A DNA stretch of 64,000 bases, taken from NCBI GenBank assembly GCA_002269645.1, contig NIVC01000480.1:36348-100347 (forward strand), read 5' to 3'. Origin of the DNA: Macrostomum lignano. Its lineage: Eukaryota. The first letter of the stretch is position 1. Each line of letters opens with the position of its first letter. Positions 51,222-64,000 of this stretch are shown here, one piece after another. A model generated the notes under the pieces. It searched no databases. It was not told the origin of the DNA and was given only the letters and a program-made list of their open reading frames with translations. A program made the position numbers and the translations under genes.

Positions 51222-52630
51222 TAGAGAAGGCGGTGAGGCTTCGGGGAAGGCAGTGAGGCTTCGGGGAAGGCAGTGAGGCTTCAGGGAAGGCAGTGAGGCT
51301 TCAGGGAAGGCAGTGTGGCTTCAAGGAAGGCAGTGAGGCTTCAGGGAAGGCAGTGTGGCTTCAAGGAAGGCAGTGAGGCTTCAGGGAAGGCGGTGTGGCT
51401 TCAGGAAGGCGGTGAGGTTTTAGGGAAAGCAGTGAAGCTTTAGGGAAGGCGATGGGGCTTCAGTGAAGGCGTTGGGGCCTCAGGGAAGGCGGTGAGGCTC
51501 CAGGGAAGGCAGTGAGGCTTCAGGGAAGGCGATGGGGTTTTACGGAAGGCAGTGAGGCTTCAGGGAAGGTAGTGAGGCTTCAGGGAAGGTAGTGAGGCTT
51601 CAGGGAAGGTAGTGAGGCTTCAGGGAAGGCAGTGAGGCTTCAGGGAAGGTAGTGAGGCTTCAGGGAAGGTAGTGAGGCTTCAGGGAAGGCAGTGAGGCTT
51701 CAGGGAAGGCGGTGTGGCTTCAGGAAGGCGGTGAGGTTTCAGGGAAAGCAGTGAAGCTTTAGGGAAGGCGATGGGGCTTCAGTGAAGGCGTTGGGGCCTC
51801 AGGGAAGGCGGTGAGGCTCCAGGGAAGGCAGTGAGGCTTCAGGGAAGGCGATGGGGTTTTACGGAAGGCAGTGAGGCTTCAGGGAAGGTAGTGAGGCTTC
51901 AGGGAAGGTAGTGAGGCTTCAGGGAAGGTAGTGAGGCTTCAGGGAAGGTAGTGAGGCTTCAGGGAAGGCAGTGAGGCTTCAGGAAAGGCGATGGGGTTTC
52001 AGGGAAGGCAGTGAGGCTTCAGGAAAGGCGATGGGGTTTCAGGGAAGGCAGTGAGGCTTCAGGAAAAGCAGTCGAGCTTCAGGGAAGGCAGTGTGGCTTC
52101 AGGGAAAGCAGTGAAGAGGCGGTGGGGCTTCAGTAAAGGCGGTGAGGCTTTAGGGAAGGCGGTGTGGCTTCAGGGAAGGCAGTTTGGCTTCAAGGAAGGC
52201 GGTGTGGCTTCAGGGAAGGCAGTGAGGCTTCAGGGAAGGTAGTGAGGCTTCAGGGAAGGTAGTGAGGCTTCAGGGAAGGCAGTTTGGCTTCAAGGAAGGC
52301 GGTGTGGCTTCAGGGAAGGCAGTGAGGCTTCAGGGAAGGTAGTGAGGCTTCAGGGAAGGTAGTGAGGCTTCAGGGAAGGCAGTGAGGCTTCAGGAAAGGC
52401 GATGGGGTTTCAGGGAAGGCAGTGAGGCTTCAGGAAAGGCGATAGGGTTTCAGGGAAGGCAGTGAGGCTTCAGGAAAAGCAGTCGAGCTTCAGGGAAGGC
52501 AGTGTGGCTTCAGGGAAAGCAGTGAAGAGGCGGTGGGGCTTCAGTGAAGGCGGTGAGGCTTTAGGGAAAGCAGTGGGGCTTCAGTGAAGGCGGTGAGGCT
52601 TTAGGGAAAGCAGTGGGGCTTCAGGGAAGG
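51222..52630. repeat. Purine-rich minisatellite, 20-bp unit CAGGGAAGGCAGTGAGGCTT
   Basis: Tandem repetition with duplicated variant blocks. Confidence 0.95.
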
Positions 52631-53127
52631 CTGTCAGCAGTTGGCAGAAGACCCAGTTTATGAGAAAATATCTGCATATTCACAATACAGCAGTGACTCG
52701 AATAATAGAAAGCTGTGAACAGCATCGATAGAACAGCAAAAAAGGAAACAGTTGAGTTTTGAGCATAAAAGTGCATTTCGCAGAAAGTCAGAAACTTTAG
52801 AAAAAATTTCCGGAAAAAGATAGCAAAAAGCCTTATAGTTTCGCAGCAGTAGTCTGTAACGCGTCTAAAGAGAAATTTGCGATTCAACTAAAATTATTTA
52901 CGATCTATTTAAAAAAACTATTTATTAAAATATGCTGATTTCTATTGCAAAAGCGGATGGTGTGTGAACGCTGAAAATATTGCAAAATTGACAGACATTC
53001 TTGGAATAAACTAAGCTGAATTAGAAACGCAGTTATTGGAATAAAGTCGTGAATTCAAACTGAAATATTAAAGCTGATATTTGCGAATTTTAAGCAGCTT
53101 AGCACTGATAGAAAATTGAAACATTTT

Positions 53128-53827
53128 CACCAATTCAGCTGCAAGTGTCACCAATTCAGCTGCAAGTGTCACCAATTCAGTTACAAGTGTCACCAATTCA
53201 GCTACAAGTGTCACCAATTCAGCTGCAAGTGTCACCAATTCAGCTGCAAGTGTCACCAATTCAGCTACAAGTGTCACCAATTTAGTTACAAGTGTCACCA
53301 ATTCAGCTACAAGTGTCACCAATTCAGCTGCAAGTGTCACCAATTCAGCTGCAAGTGTCACCAATTCAGCTGCAAGTGTCACCAATTCAGCTACAAGTGT
53401 CACCAATTCAGCTACAAGTGTCACCAATTCAGCTGCAAGTGTCACCAATTCAGCTACAAGTGTCACCAATTCAGCTACAAGTGTCACCAATTCAGCTACA
53501 AGTGTCACCAATTCAGCTACAAGTGTCACCAATTCAGCTACAAGTGTCACCAATTCAGCTACAAGTGTCACCAATTCAGCTGCAAGTGTCACCAATTCAG
53601 CTACAAGTGTCACCAATTCAGCTGCAAGTGTCACCAATTTAGTTACAAGTGTCACCAATTCAGCTGCAAGTGTCACCAATTCAGCTACAAGTGTCACCAA
53701 TTCAGCTACAAGTGTCACCAATTCAGCTACAAGTGTCACCAATTCAGCTACAAGTGTCACCAATTCAGCTACAAGTGTCACCAATTCAGCTGCAAGTGTC
53801 ACCAATCCAGCCGCAAGTGTCACCAAG
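53128..53827. repeat. Minisatellite, 21-bp unit CACCAATTCAGCT(A/G)CAAGTGT, directly after the DOCK stop codon
   Basis: About 33 copies, no indels seen. Confidence 0.97.
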
Positions 53828-56800
53828 TCAGCAGCTGGACATTGAAGAGTTGCTCTTCCTCCTAGCGGCTACAACATTTCTCTGCTCACGATCAAAGCTC
53901 GGATTGCCCCAGCTGGTCAGCGGCAGCAGCTGGTCTTTAATCAATTGATAATTCTTCTCCATCTCAGTCTGATAATCCACCTGATCCGACATGATCAGGT
54001 CGCGATTCTTAGCCAGGGCATCGTGCGACTTCAACAGGAACTCCTTGAAGGCCAGACGAAGTTTGTGATGCGCCGGTGCGGCGGGCTGGGTGCCCTCCGC
54101 CACGGAGGCGAGGAACACCGAGGCCATCTCGACCGGGCCCTGATTAACCGTGGCACCAATTGAGCCTTGCAAAACCATTTGTAGAATTTTCAAATCTGGT
54201 GGATTCAACTCCAAAGCTCGGGTCAATTCAGCGTTTTTCTTCTCCAAATCTTCAATTGCTACTTCGATTGGAGTCAAGTTGAAGGATTTTGTGTGAATCA
54301 CCTGCAGCCGTGTCTTGATGTAGGGGAAGCTGTGACTGGTTGTAAGCACGGTTTTGCGCTTGCACTGATCTTGCAGATCGCCGTGGGCCCGGCCGCTCTG
54401 CGTGTACGGAGTCGAGTAGACAAACGTTGCTATGCCGTTGTTGCGCTCGAATTGCGACTGACGCTCGCGAAGCTCGTAGGGTTCCAGGTAGGGCTCGACA
54501 TAGGTGATCTGGATGTAGGCCTTGTTCTGGTCCAGCCGTTCGCGCTCCACCTGCGGCCAGGGTAGTTAATTAGAGATTATGAACTGCGGAGCTGGGGAAT
54601 TCGATTGTTAATAATACAGAGAACTGGGGAATTACTAAGAGAATTACTCTTAGATCTAGTAATTAAGGAAATCCCAAGTAGACCAACGGGGAATTCTGGA
54701 TGGAGTTTGGGATCTTGAGAATTCTCTATCGAGGAATTCTGGAGGAAGTCTGGGATCCTGAGAATTCTCCATCGGGGAATTCTGGAAGGAATTTGGATCT
54801 TAGAAGTTCTCGATCGGGGAGGGGAATTCTGCAGGGAGTTTGGGATCTTGGAATTTAGAGGCAGTTTGGGATCTTGGAATTTAGAGGCAGTTTGGGATCT
54901 TGGGATTTAAAGGTAGTTTGGGATCTTGGGATTTAAAGGTAGTTTGGGATCTTGGGATTTAAAGGTAGTTCGGGATCTTAAGATTTGGAGGGAGTTTGGG
55001 ATCTTGAGAATTCTCCATCGGGGAATTCTGGAGGAATTTGGGATATTGAGAATTCTCCATCGGGGAATTCTGGAGGAATTTGGGATATTGAGAATTCTCC
55101 ATCGGGGAATTCTGGAGGAATTTGGGATATTGAGAATTCTCCATCGGGGAATTCTGGAGGAATTTGGGATATTGAGAATTCTCCATCGGGGAATTCTGGA
55201 GGGAGTTTGGGATCCTGAGATTCTGAGAATTCTCCATCGGGGAATTCTGGAGGGAGTTTGGGATCCTGAGATTCTGAGAATTCTCCATCGGGTAATTCTG
55301 GATGAGTTTGGGATCTTGGGAATTTTCCATGTGGGACTAAAACCTCACCGCATTAGAGTCCTTGACAATGACGAGATTGTCGGGCCCGAACCGGTCGCCA
55401 TAGAAACGCTCCAGTCGATGCGAAATCTCCGGCAGTTTAGTCAAAGGCGGCTCTTTATAAACAAACTCTTCGCCGTCTAAATCCCCGAATCGATGACCGT
55501 AAAAGCCGATCCGAAAGTAGGTGCCGAACATCCGCTTACTCTCGTTGAAGGCGATATTGTCGCAGCTGTCGCGCATCTTGGCGTACACCGCGGCCAGTCG
55601 GCGGTAGTCTTTGTTGTGCCGGTGCAGCGGCAGCAGGGCGGTGTAAAGCGGCTCGATGAACTCGTACAGGCCTGATAGTTCGAAGAATTGCGCCGAATGA
55701 TCCACCAGCGCCAGCAGCTCTGCGGCCAGGGTGCGGGGGCGATTCGTTTTGCGATAGTTCACTTGATCATCTCTCACCGCTACCCAATAGTATTTCTGGT
55801 GTCTGTCTTCTACTCACTACTACCATTTCCCTTTCCCCTACTCTCACCTCGTGTGTCTTATAACTATTCTTTTCTCTCTCCCCTCCCTCCTATGTCTTAT
55901 CTCTTCTCACCACTCACCCCATCTCTTCTCACCACACCCTCACATCTCTTCTTATCACACCCTCACATCTCTTCTTATCACACCCTCACATCTCTTCTCT
56001 CCCCACCCTCACATCTCTTCTCTCCCCACCCTCACATCTCTTCTCTCCCCACCCTCACATCTCTTCTCTCCCCACCCTCACATCTCTTTTTCTCCCCTCC
56101 CATTAATCTTCTCTGGAATTTCATCTCATCCCTTCGCTGACCTCTCCGCCTCTTTTACTCTCCTAATCAGCCAGCCACCCCTCTCTCTTCTTACAACAGA
56201 CAGAGGGAGGCCCCACCTGGTCTCAAGAACCAATTAGAGCAGCACACTCCGTCCTCCTCCGGACTGATGACGTCATCTGACACGGCACTCTCCTCCAGAA
56301 CATTCTTACTGATTGCGGAGAAGGCGGCACAGCCAACAGGCATGTACTGTACCGGGTCCATCATGTGCAGGTACTCCACCACTAGAGACACCGAGTGTAG
56401 CAGGCACATCCCAGCCTCTGCATAATGCTTATGAGTCAAATGCTGCCTAGCCATATTCTGCAGCCAGGTAAGCCGCAAATCCGGACTGTTAGCATAGCCT
56501 TTGGCTACTCGATACATCAAATCTACTAGCATTTCCGGATCCTCTGCGAACTCCTTCATTTTGATTGTGTCAGACAGGATCGTGTGCAGATTGAGCACCA
56601 GGTCCTGCACTTGGCCGCTGAAGTTCTCGCACACGGCTTCGTCTCGGTCAGTGTAGGACAGGAGAGCCTGGGATTTGGGGGCGGGGGTGTGCTGCCTTCG
56701 TTCGTCTGGCTTGATTGGCACTCATGACACTCTCTTCCTTATTTGCGCGTCACACGATATCCTTTTTCATTTGCACACCCTACCAATAAACTTGCACACC

Positions 56801-59800
56801 CTACCAATAAACTTGCACACCTTACCAATAAACTTGCACACCTTACCAATAAACTTGCACACCCTACCAATAAACTTGCACACCTTACCAATAAACTTGC
56901 ACACCCTACCAAGAAACTTGCACACCTTACCAATAAACTTGCACACCCTACCAATAAACTTGCACACCCTACCAATAAACTTGCACACCTTACCAATAAA
57001 CTTGCACACCTTACCAATAAACTTGCACACCTTACCAATAAACTTGCACACCCTATCAATAAACTTGCACACCTTATCAATAAACTTGCACACACCTATC
57101 AATAAACCTGCACACACCTATCAATAAACTTGCACACCTTACCAATAAACTTGCACACCTTACCAATAAACTTGCACACCATATCAGTAAACCTGCACAC
57201 ACCTATCATTAAACTTGCACACCCTATCAATAAACTTGCACACCCTTATCAATAAACTTGCAAAGCTTATCAATCACCTGCACACCCCATCATTTTAGCC
57301 TCCTTTTGATCACACCGTTTCTTCTAAACGCCAGGCAATATACATTGAGCTCTTTAGCAGCTATACTTAAGTTATTACAATAATTCATAGGTTCGCTCAC
57401 CTTAAGCGACCTGCGCAGATAATCTTCGTTGAACATTTCCCTATCCGAGACAAAGCTACTCAAAGCCATAGTTAATTGCATTTTCACTTTGCTGAAATGA
57501 AACTTTCTCGTATAGTTGATCCTCATGAGCAGATAGAGTGTGGCGGTGGCCTGAGTTCGAACCTCGGTCAATCTAGAACCGCAATAGCGCAATAACTGCA
57601 AGCACAGGGAGGTGCACTGGTCGGCCTCCTCTTCGAACACTGTCTCCGGGTACTTCATCAAGAAGCTGCGCAGACTGGCGAACACAGAGTGCAAAGCGGT
57701 TGAGCACTGGCTTAGACTCAAACAGCGCAGATACAAGCGCAGTATTAAGCCCAGGTGACAGGCCAGAGTCTCCGTGCCCTGCGAAATTTAAATCATTTGT
57801 TTAACATGTTTATAATGTAACTAGATACCACTAGAATAACTAGATAGGCCACTCAGCACATTTGCGCCTAAGCTACTTTTAGTTCAGTAGTAAGTTAAAC
57901 AGAAGCATTTTAATGTATTTTTTAAAGCCAAAGGCAAATTTATTTGCCCTTACCCCCAGGCTTCAACCCTCCAGCTGCGCCTTTCCACACTACCCCCGCC
58001 CCGCCCCAATTTTTATTGCCTTTATCGGAATTCCAGCCTAAAGCTGCTATGTACATTTCAGTGGACTGGCCAATGTACATTATTGCTGAACCAATTAATT
58101 AGTAAGTTGTTTACGCCTGCAAGCTTGGGCTTCTAAACTTATCAAAGTCCCCCCGCCGCGCCCCAATTTATATTGCCTTTATCGGAATTCCAGCCGAAAG
58201 CTGCTATGTACATTTCAGTGGACTGGCCAATGTACATTATTGCTGAACCAATTAATTAGTAAGTTGTTTACGCCTGCAAGCTTGGGCTTCTAAACTTATC
58301 AAAGTCCCCCCGCCGCGCCCCAATTTTTATTGCCTTTATCGGAATTCCAGCCTAAAGCTGCTATGTACATTTCAGTGGACTGGCCAATGTACAGTATTGC
58401 TGAACCAATTATCTAGCAAGTTGTTTACGCCTGCAAGCTTGGGCTTCTAAACTTATCAAAGTCCCCCCGCCGCGCCCCAATTTATATTGCCTTTATCGGA
58501 ATTCCAGCCTAAAGCTGCTGTGTACATTTCTGTGGACTGGCCAATGTACAGTATTGCTGAACCAATTATCTAGCAAGTTGTTTACGCCTGCAAGCTTGTG
58601 GGCTTCTAAAATTATCAGTCATCTCAGCTGCCTTTATTCTTATACTCGTAGAAAGCTGTTTTACTAAGTATTGTGCCTGGATGGCCATTTAGTTATTCTA
58701 CTAGTATGTTAATTGTAGAAGCACTTAGATACTATAATAGTGCAAGTTAAGCTGAGTCGGCCGTGGTTAGTACAGAGCTCAGCAATTAACGCCACTTACT
58801 GGGCGTACAGCGGCCTTTTGACTTTCTAATCGTCAAGGATGCACACCACCTTCAAAAAAGCAGAGATTCTCACCTGAAACGTAGTCATAATCAGCTCAGC
58901 GGTATCCAAAGCTGTCAAAGTCACTTCTAATGACAGATTGCCCTCCAGCACAGGATCGTAGTGTAATCTAGCCGAATTCAACTGCGCATTAACTGGCAAA
59001 GTTGGCGGCGGAGGCGGCGGCGGCGAGATCAAAGGCGGCGGAGGCGGTACAGACGAATTGGCGGCGGCAATGGTGGCGGCGGCTTCCTTACGAGCAGCAG
59101 CGAGTCGCAGCCGATTCGAGCTGCTGCTGTTAGCCGAAGCAGCGGCACTCTGTTGGCCAGCCATTGCTAGCGAGGCATTGTTGTTGGCGGCGGCGGCAGC
59201 CAGGGCGTTCTCTGACTGGCTGTGCGGCATGGTCAGGATGGAGCCGATGCTCTTGCGTCGGTTGCTGCCGCTTCCCGGCGGAGGCGGCGGCGGCGGCGGC
59301 GGCGGCTGCTGCTGCTGCGACAGGGCGGCATCGGCAGAGTCGCCGCTGCTCCCAAGGAATTTCTCTTCAAGTTTCAGCTTGACCTGAGCGCTGCGCTGCT
59401 GCATCAGCAGGCTGCTGCCGTTCGATTGTCGGCTGTTTGGCTGGCGACCGCGGTATTCGAAACTGGCGCAGGCCACCTGGGATTAACGAAATTGCGGGAG
59501 TTAGGAGCATGGGCAATTAGTGCGTACTGAAATCGAATTGTACTGACTGACGCAGCCACTGAAGGACTCCTGAGGGTAGCTACTGAAGGAGCCTTGAGAG
59601 TAGCTACTGAAGAACCCAAAAAGGTAGCTACTGAAGGAGCCTTGAGGGTAGCTACTGAAGAACCCAAAAAGGTAGCTACTGAAGGAGCCTTGAGGGTAGC
59701 TACTGAAGAACCCAAAAAGGTAGCTACTGAAGGAGCCTTGAGGGTAGCTACTGAAGAACCCAAAAAGGTAGCTACTGAAGGAGCCTTGAGGGTAGCTACT

Positions 59801-62800
59801 GAAGAACCCAAAAAGGTAGCTACTGAAGGAGCCTTGAGGGTAGCTACTGAAGAACCCAAAAAGGTAGCTACTGAAGGAGCCTTGAGGTAGCTACTGAAGA
59901 ACCCAAAAAGGTAGCTACTGAAGGAGCCTTGAGGGTAGCTACTGAAGAACCCAAAAAGGTAGCTACTGAAGAACCCAAAAAGGTAGCTACTGAAGAACCC
60001 AAAAAGGTAGCTACTGAAGAACCCCAAAAGGTAGCTACTGAAGAACCCCAAAAGGTAGCTACTGAAGAACCCCAAAAGGTAGCTACTGAAGAACCCAAAA
60101 AGGTAGCTACTGAAGAACCCCAAAAGGTAGCTACTGAAGAATCCCAGAAGGTAGCTACTGAAGAAACCCAGACGGTAGCTACTGAAGAACCCAAAAAGGT
60201 AGCTACTGAAGAACCCCAAAAGGTAGCTACTGAAGGAGCCTTGAGGGTAGCTACTGAAGAACCCCAAAAGGTAGCTACTGAAGAACCCCAAAAGGTAGCT
60301 ACTGAAGAACCCCAAAAGGTAGCTACTGAAGAATCCAGAAGGTAGCTACTGAAGAACCCCAAAAGGTAGCTACAGAAGAACCCCAAAAGATAGCTACTGA
60401 AGAACCCCAAAAGATAGCTACTGAAGAACCCCAAAAGGTAGCTACTGAAGGAGCCTTGAGGGTAGCTACTGAAGAACCCAAAAAGGTAGCTACTGAAGGA
60501 GCCTTGAGGGTAGCTACTGAAGAACCCAAAAAGGTAGCTACTGAAGAACCCCAAAAGGTAGCTACTGAAGAACCCCAAAAGGTAGCTACTGAAGAATCCC
60601 AGAAGGTAGCTACTGAAGAAACCCAGACGGTAGCTACTGAAGAACCCAAAAAGGTAGCTACTGAAGAACCCCAAAAGGTAGCTACAGAAGAACCCCAAAA
60701 GATAGCTACTGAAGAACCCAAAAGATAGCTACTGAAGAACCCCAAAAGATAGCTACTGAAGAACCCCAAAAGGTAGCTACTGAAGAACCCCAAAAGATAG
60801 CTACTGAAGAACCCCAAAAGATAGCTACTGAAGAACCCCAAAAGGTAGCTACTGAAGAACCCCAGAAGGTAGCTACTGAAGAACCCCAAAAGATAGCTAC
60901 TGAAGAACCCCAAAAGGTAGCTACTGAAGAACCCCAAAAGGTAGCTACTGAAGAACCCCAAAAGGTAGCTACTGAAGAACCCCAAAATGTAGCTACTGAA
61001 GAACCCCAGAAGGTAGCTACTGAAGAACCCCAAAAGGTAGCTACAGAAGAACCCCAAAAGATAGCTACTGAAGAACCCCAAAAGATAGCTACTGAAGAAC
61101 CCCAAAAGATAGCTACTGAAGAACCCCAAAAGGTAGCTACTGAAGAACCCCAAAAGGTAGCTACTGAAGAACCCCAGAAGGTAGCTACTGAAGAACCCCA
61201 GAAGGTAGCTACTGAAGAACCCCAAAGATAGCTACTGAAGAACCCCAAAGATAGCTACTGAAGAACCCCAAAAGATAGCTACTGAAGAACCCCAAAAGAT
61301 AGCTACTGAAGAACCCCAGAAAGCCAATGAAGACGCCCAGAAGGTAGCAGCGAAAGAGCCTTCACCATGAGCAGATGCAGGAGCCGCTGCACTCGATGCA
61401 CAGACAGAGACCGCAGAAACGTCGCAGCAACGCGCCTATCCAGATTCTTAACCAGCCAAAGACAACAGAGCAGAAGGTGCCTGCTGGTATCATCCGATAG
61501 CGGTCGCTGCTTTGGCTTTGGAGCCTGAAGCAATTGCTGCTTCTCAGTAGAAGGCTCCGGAAAGCCGAACCGGCCAATATCGTCAGCTGGCGTGGCCGGA
61601 GTAGCCAAATCGCTGATCCCGGCCAGACCGCCGTTGGCGCTAACGCCGCCTCCGTGAGTGGCGAATCCGCCAATTCCAATGCCAATCAAATGTATGACAC
61701 CTTCGGCAATTTTTAATAGCGGCAAATACAGCTGGGCCACACGGCCGCGAATAGCCGGTAGAGAGGCCGGATAGCGCGAGTCGGCTTCGTGACTGGCTAG
61801 CAGATTCCACAACAGGCAGACGGCTTTGCTTTGCAAGTCTGGACCGCCGCAGCGTAGTGCAATTTTCAATTCGGACAGCACCAAACCGGACAGGTAGTGA
61901 CTGCGCCTATACTGATCGGACAGCTCACTGGCAATCTCCGGCTCCATCAACGGAATATTCAATGGCACATAGTGCTCGTGCGAAGTTATAATGCGTAGGA
62001 AATCAATTTTACAGGCGGACAGTTTTCCGTGATTAGTGCTAGTTGGAGCAGCCTCCAGGCAAGCGTTGACGGCCCGGAAATATTGCTGGACAAGCTGCAG
62101 CACGGCCAGACGGTCCATCACGCTGAATAAGTCGCAGAGAAAGAAGGCTAGAGCCCGATTGAGACGGATAGCGGTTCGGCTACCAGTACGGATCTGGTTA
62201 ATAGCGTGACTAAAGTGCCGACATCGGCTACAAATTGTTGAGAGAATCTCCGTTGCCTAGGCAACGACAGGTGCGGCTCCACAGCTAAGTAGTCGTGCAT
62301 AGCTCTAATTAGAGTTTCGAGAAAGAACCAGGCATTCTCAGCGACAGAAGCTCGGACAGTCGGCTCGGCTAAGATAATCTGCAGTACAAGTTCTTCGTGA
62401 ACTAATTTCAATAAGCCGCCCTGCTGGCCAAGAGTGCCGGCATACTTAATATAGCCTGTTAGTAGCGAGTTGCGGCCGTGAATATCGGATCGCTCGGGAA
62501 GGTTTGAACTATACGGCCAATAAGACGGCCAGACCGGCAAAGGGAATCTGGCTAGGCCGGTCGGATGGCACCTGGGCTGGATGCAGCACCAGTTGCATCA
62601 GTCTATCAATAACTATGTGCAAATGCCACCAGCTGTTCCATATCGGCTAGCATTAAACCGTTGATAGCGTCTTGCAGAGCTTCCGTAGAGCACGGCTGGC
62701 CCAGCTGGGCGCAGACGCAAGCTTTAAAGAACAGATTAAGATGAGTATCGATAGTGTGCACTGTGCTCAATGACGATACGGTGACCCGGAATAGCTCCGG

Positions 62801-63392
62801 TGACTGTCAACCCAGCGAGGCCTATCAGACGGACATTTGTCGGCTACTTCGCCTAGTTCGGGTACAATGCTGCACATTGAGGTGCTAGGCTCATCGGCGC
62901 TGACCATCAGACTGTAGTTGCCAAGGCTGAGCACCCCAGACCGGTACAATGGCAGCCAAGAGTAGCCAAGAGGCGTCTCCAACTGACCATTGTCCTCACC
63001 ACCTTTTCTCTGCTGGCAGCTAATATGAAAGAATGAGAACAGCAGATAGTGACCGGAGCTAAGATCGCCTGCAATTCAATTTTAATTTCATCGTAGAAGT
63101 CTGGCGATTTATTGTGATACAATACCGGACTGAACTGGCTGGTGACAAAGGCTGCGACAGCTGGATTTGCCGTAGATTAATCTCTGAGCAACTGCTCTCT
63201 GCCCGTCAAAGTGTACTAGTTCGGTTTTTAGTGCAACATTTTCGTGCAGCCTTGCTTGCTACTGAAGTTGATGCTTTTAGGGTGCACATATAACAGGTTG
63301 CGGTAGAATGAGTGCGGCTGGTACAGCGGCTGAGCTGGGAACTCGGCCAGTTCTCGAATTGGAGCGGACTTCAGATCGCAGAATGGATGCAC
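53828..63392 (-). CDS. DOCK7: Dedicator of cytokinesis DOCK-C (DOCK6/7/8, Zir-like) Rho-GTPase GEF; 5' part outside the window. Exons (minus): 63392-61366 (about 8 frameshifts as given), 59476-58874, 57778-57401, 56667-56217, 55719-55349, 54550-53828
   Basis: DHR-1 C2 motifs [35 protein letters not shown]; [17 protein letters not shown]; DHR-2 motifs [74 protein letters not shown] (DOCK-C type); GT-AG junctions in phase. Confidence 0.93.
54695..55330. repeat. Intronic compound array: 42-bp GAATTCTCCATCGGGGAATTCTGGAGGAATTTGGGATATTGA plus about 24-bp TTGGGATCTTGG units
   Basis: Read directly. Confidence 0.88.
55890..56085. repeat. Intronic CT-rich about 23-bp array TCTTCTCTCCCCACCCTCACATC
   Basis: Read directly. 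Confidence 0.85.
56773..57288. repeat. Intronic minisatellite, 21-bp unit CACACC(T/C)TACCAATAAACTTG
   Basis: Read directly. Confidence 0.95.
57995..58615. repeat. Intronic tandem repeat, 157-bp unit, about 4 copies
   Basis: ATCGGAATTCC recurs at 58024, 58181, 58338 and 58495. Confidence 0.93.
59548..61350. repeat. Intronic minisatellite, 23-24-bp units GTAGCTACTGAAGAACCCCAAAAG and GTAGCTACTGAAGGAGCCTTGAGG, alternating as dimers on the left
   Basis: Read directly. Confidence 0.97.
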
Positions 63393-63464
63393 CTGGGCAA
63401 GGGGTGGGATGATTGTTTATGATTTATAGTATGGCTTGTCATCGGGTAGTCTCTATTATCTACA

Positions 63465-64000
63465 GGTCATAACCTCTCTTTGATCTACAGGTCATAACCC
63501 TCTCTGATCTACAGGTCATAACCCTCTCTCTGATCTACAGGTTCATAACCCTCTCTCTGATCTACAGGTCATAACCCTCTCTGATCTACAGGTCATAACC
63601 CTCTCTGATCTACAGGTCATAACCCTCTCTGATCTACAGGTCATAACCCTCTCTGATCTACAGGTCATAACCCTCTCTGATCTACAGGTCATAACCCTCT
63701 CTGATCTACAGGTCATAACCCTCTGATCTACAGATCATAACCATTTCTGATCTACAGGTCATAACCCTCTCTGATCTACAGGTCATAACCCTCTCTGATC
63801 TACAGGTCATAACCCTCTCTGATCTACAGGTCATAACCCTCTCTGATCTACAGGTCATAACCTCTGATCTACAGATCATAACCATTCTCTGATCTACAGG
63901 TCATAACCCTCTCTGATCTACAGATCATAACCCTCTCTGATCTACAGGTCATAACCCTCTCTGATCTACAGATCATAACCATCTCTGATCTACAGGTCAT
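63465..64000. repeat. Intronic minisatellite, about 24-bp unit CTCTCTGATCTACAGGTCATAACC, running off the window end
   Basis: Read directly. Confidence 0.95.

Noticed and set aside
53068-53826. 252-aa heptad (LVTLVAE) coiled-coil-like ORF after the DOCK stop
   Set aside because: A pure 21-bp repeat open in several frames, with no evidence of a real start or a link to the DOCK frame.
58874-59476. Antisense ORFs over the poly-Pro/Ala DOCK exon
   Set aside because: Shadow ORFs of a GC-rich low-complexity coding exon.
59594-60728. VATEEPKK repeat ORFs resembling a surface antigen
   Set aside because: Antisense within a DOCK intron; 23/24-bp unit changes break the frame repeatedly; no unique start or end.

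Overview
Eukaryotic (metazoan) genomic DNA with spliced genes and about 29 unrelated micro/minisatellite arrays, most inside introns. The texture resembles a flatworm such as Macrostomum; this is an impression and cannot be shown from the sequence. Genes reconstructed by hand: (1) an odd-skipped/OSR-family zinc-finger gene (+, 5270-6776) with degenerate fingers; (2) a Sex-lethal-like two-RRM protein (+, 19966-22485, possible extra 5' exon at 15778); (3) a 13-exon tandem-domain protein tyrosine phosphatase of the Ptp36E-like type (-, 38141-25493) with both domains apparently catalytically dead; (4) RPS27 (-, 42243-40254); (5) the 3' two-thirds of a DOCK6/7/8 GEF (-, 63392-53828), with about 8 frameshifts clustered in one exon; plus a PAN/Apple-like ORF and an orphan single-TM ORF. 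Mobile DNA: a decayed endonuclease-only non-LTR retrotransposon fragment, a CORE-type SINE, a second tRNA-derived SINE, hAT-like MITEs, a foldback element and a MITE family carrying an internal 21-bp satellite. Most notable pattern: several arrays are amplified copies of the neighbouring exon boundary (splice acceptor, splice donor or stop codon), giving runs of decoy or in-frame alternative splice sites. Most long ORFs in the supplied track are repeat artefacts. All alignments were done by eye, family assignments come from memory, and repeat edges are approximate.
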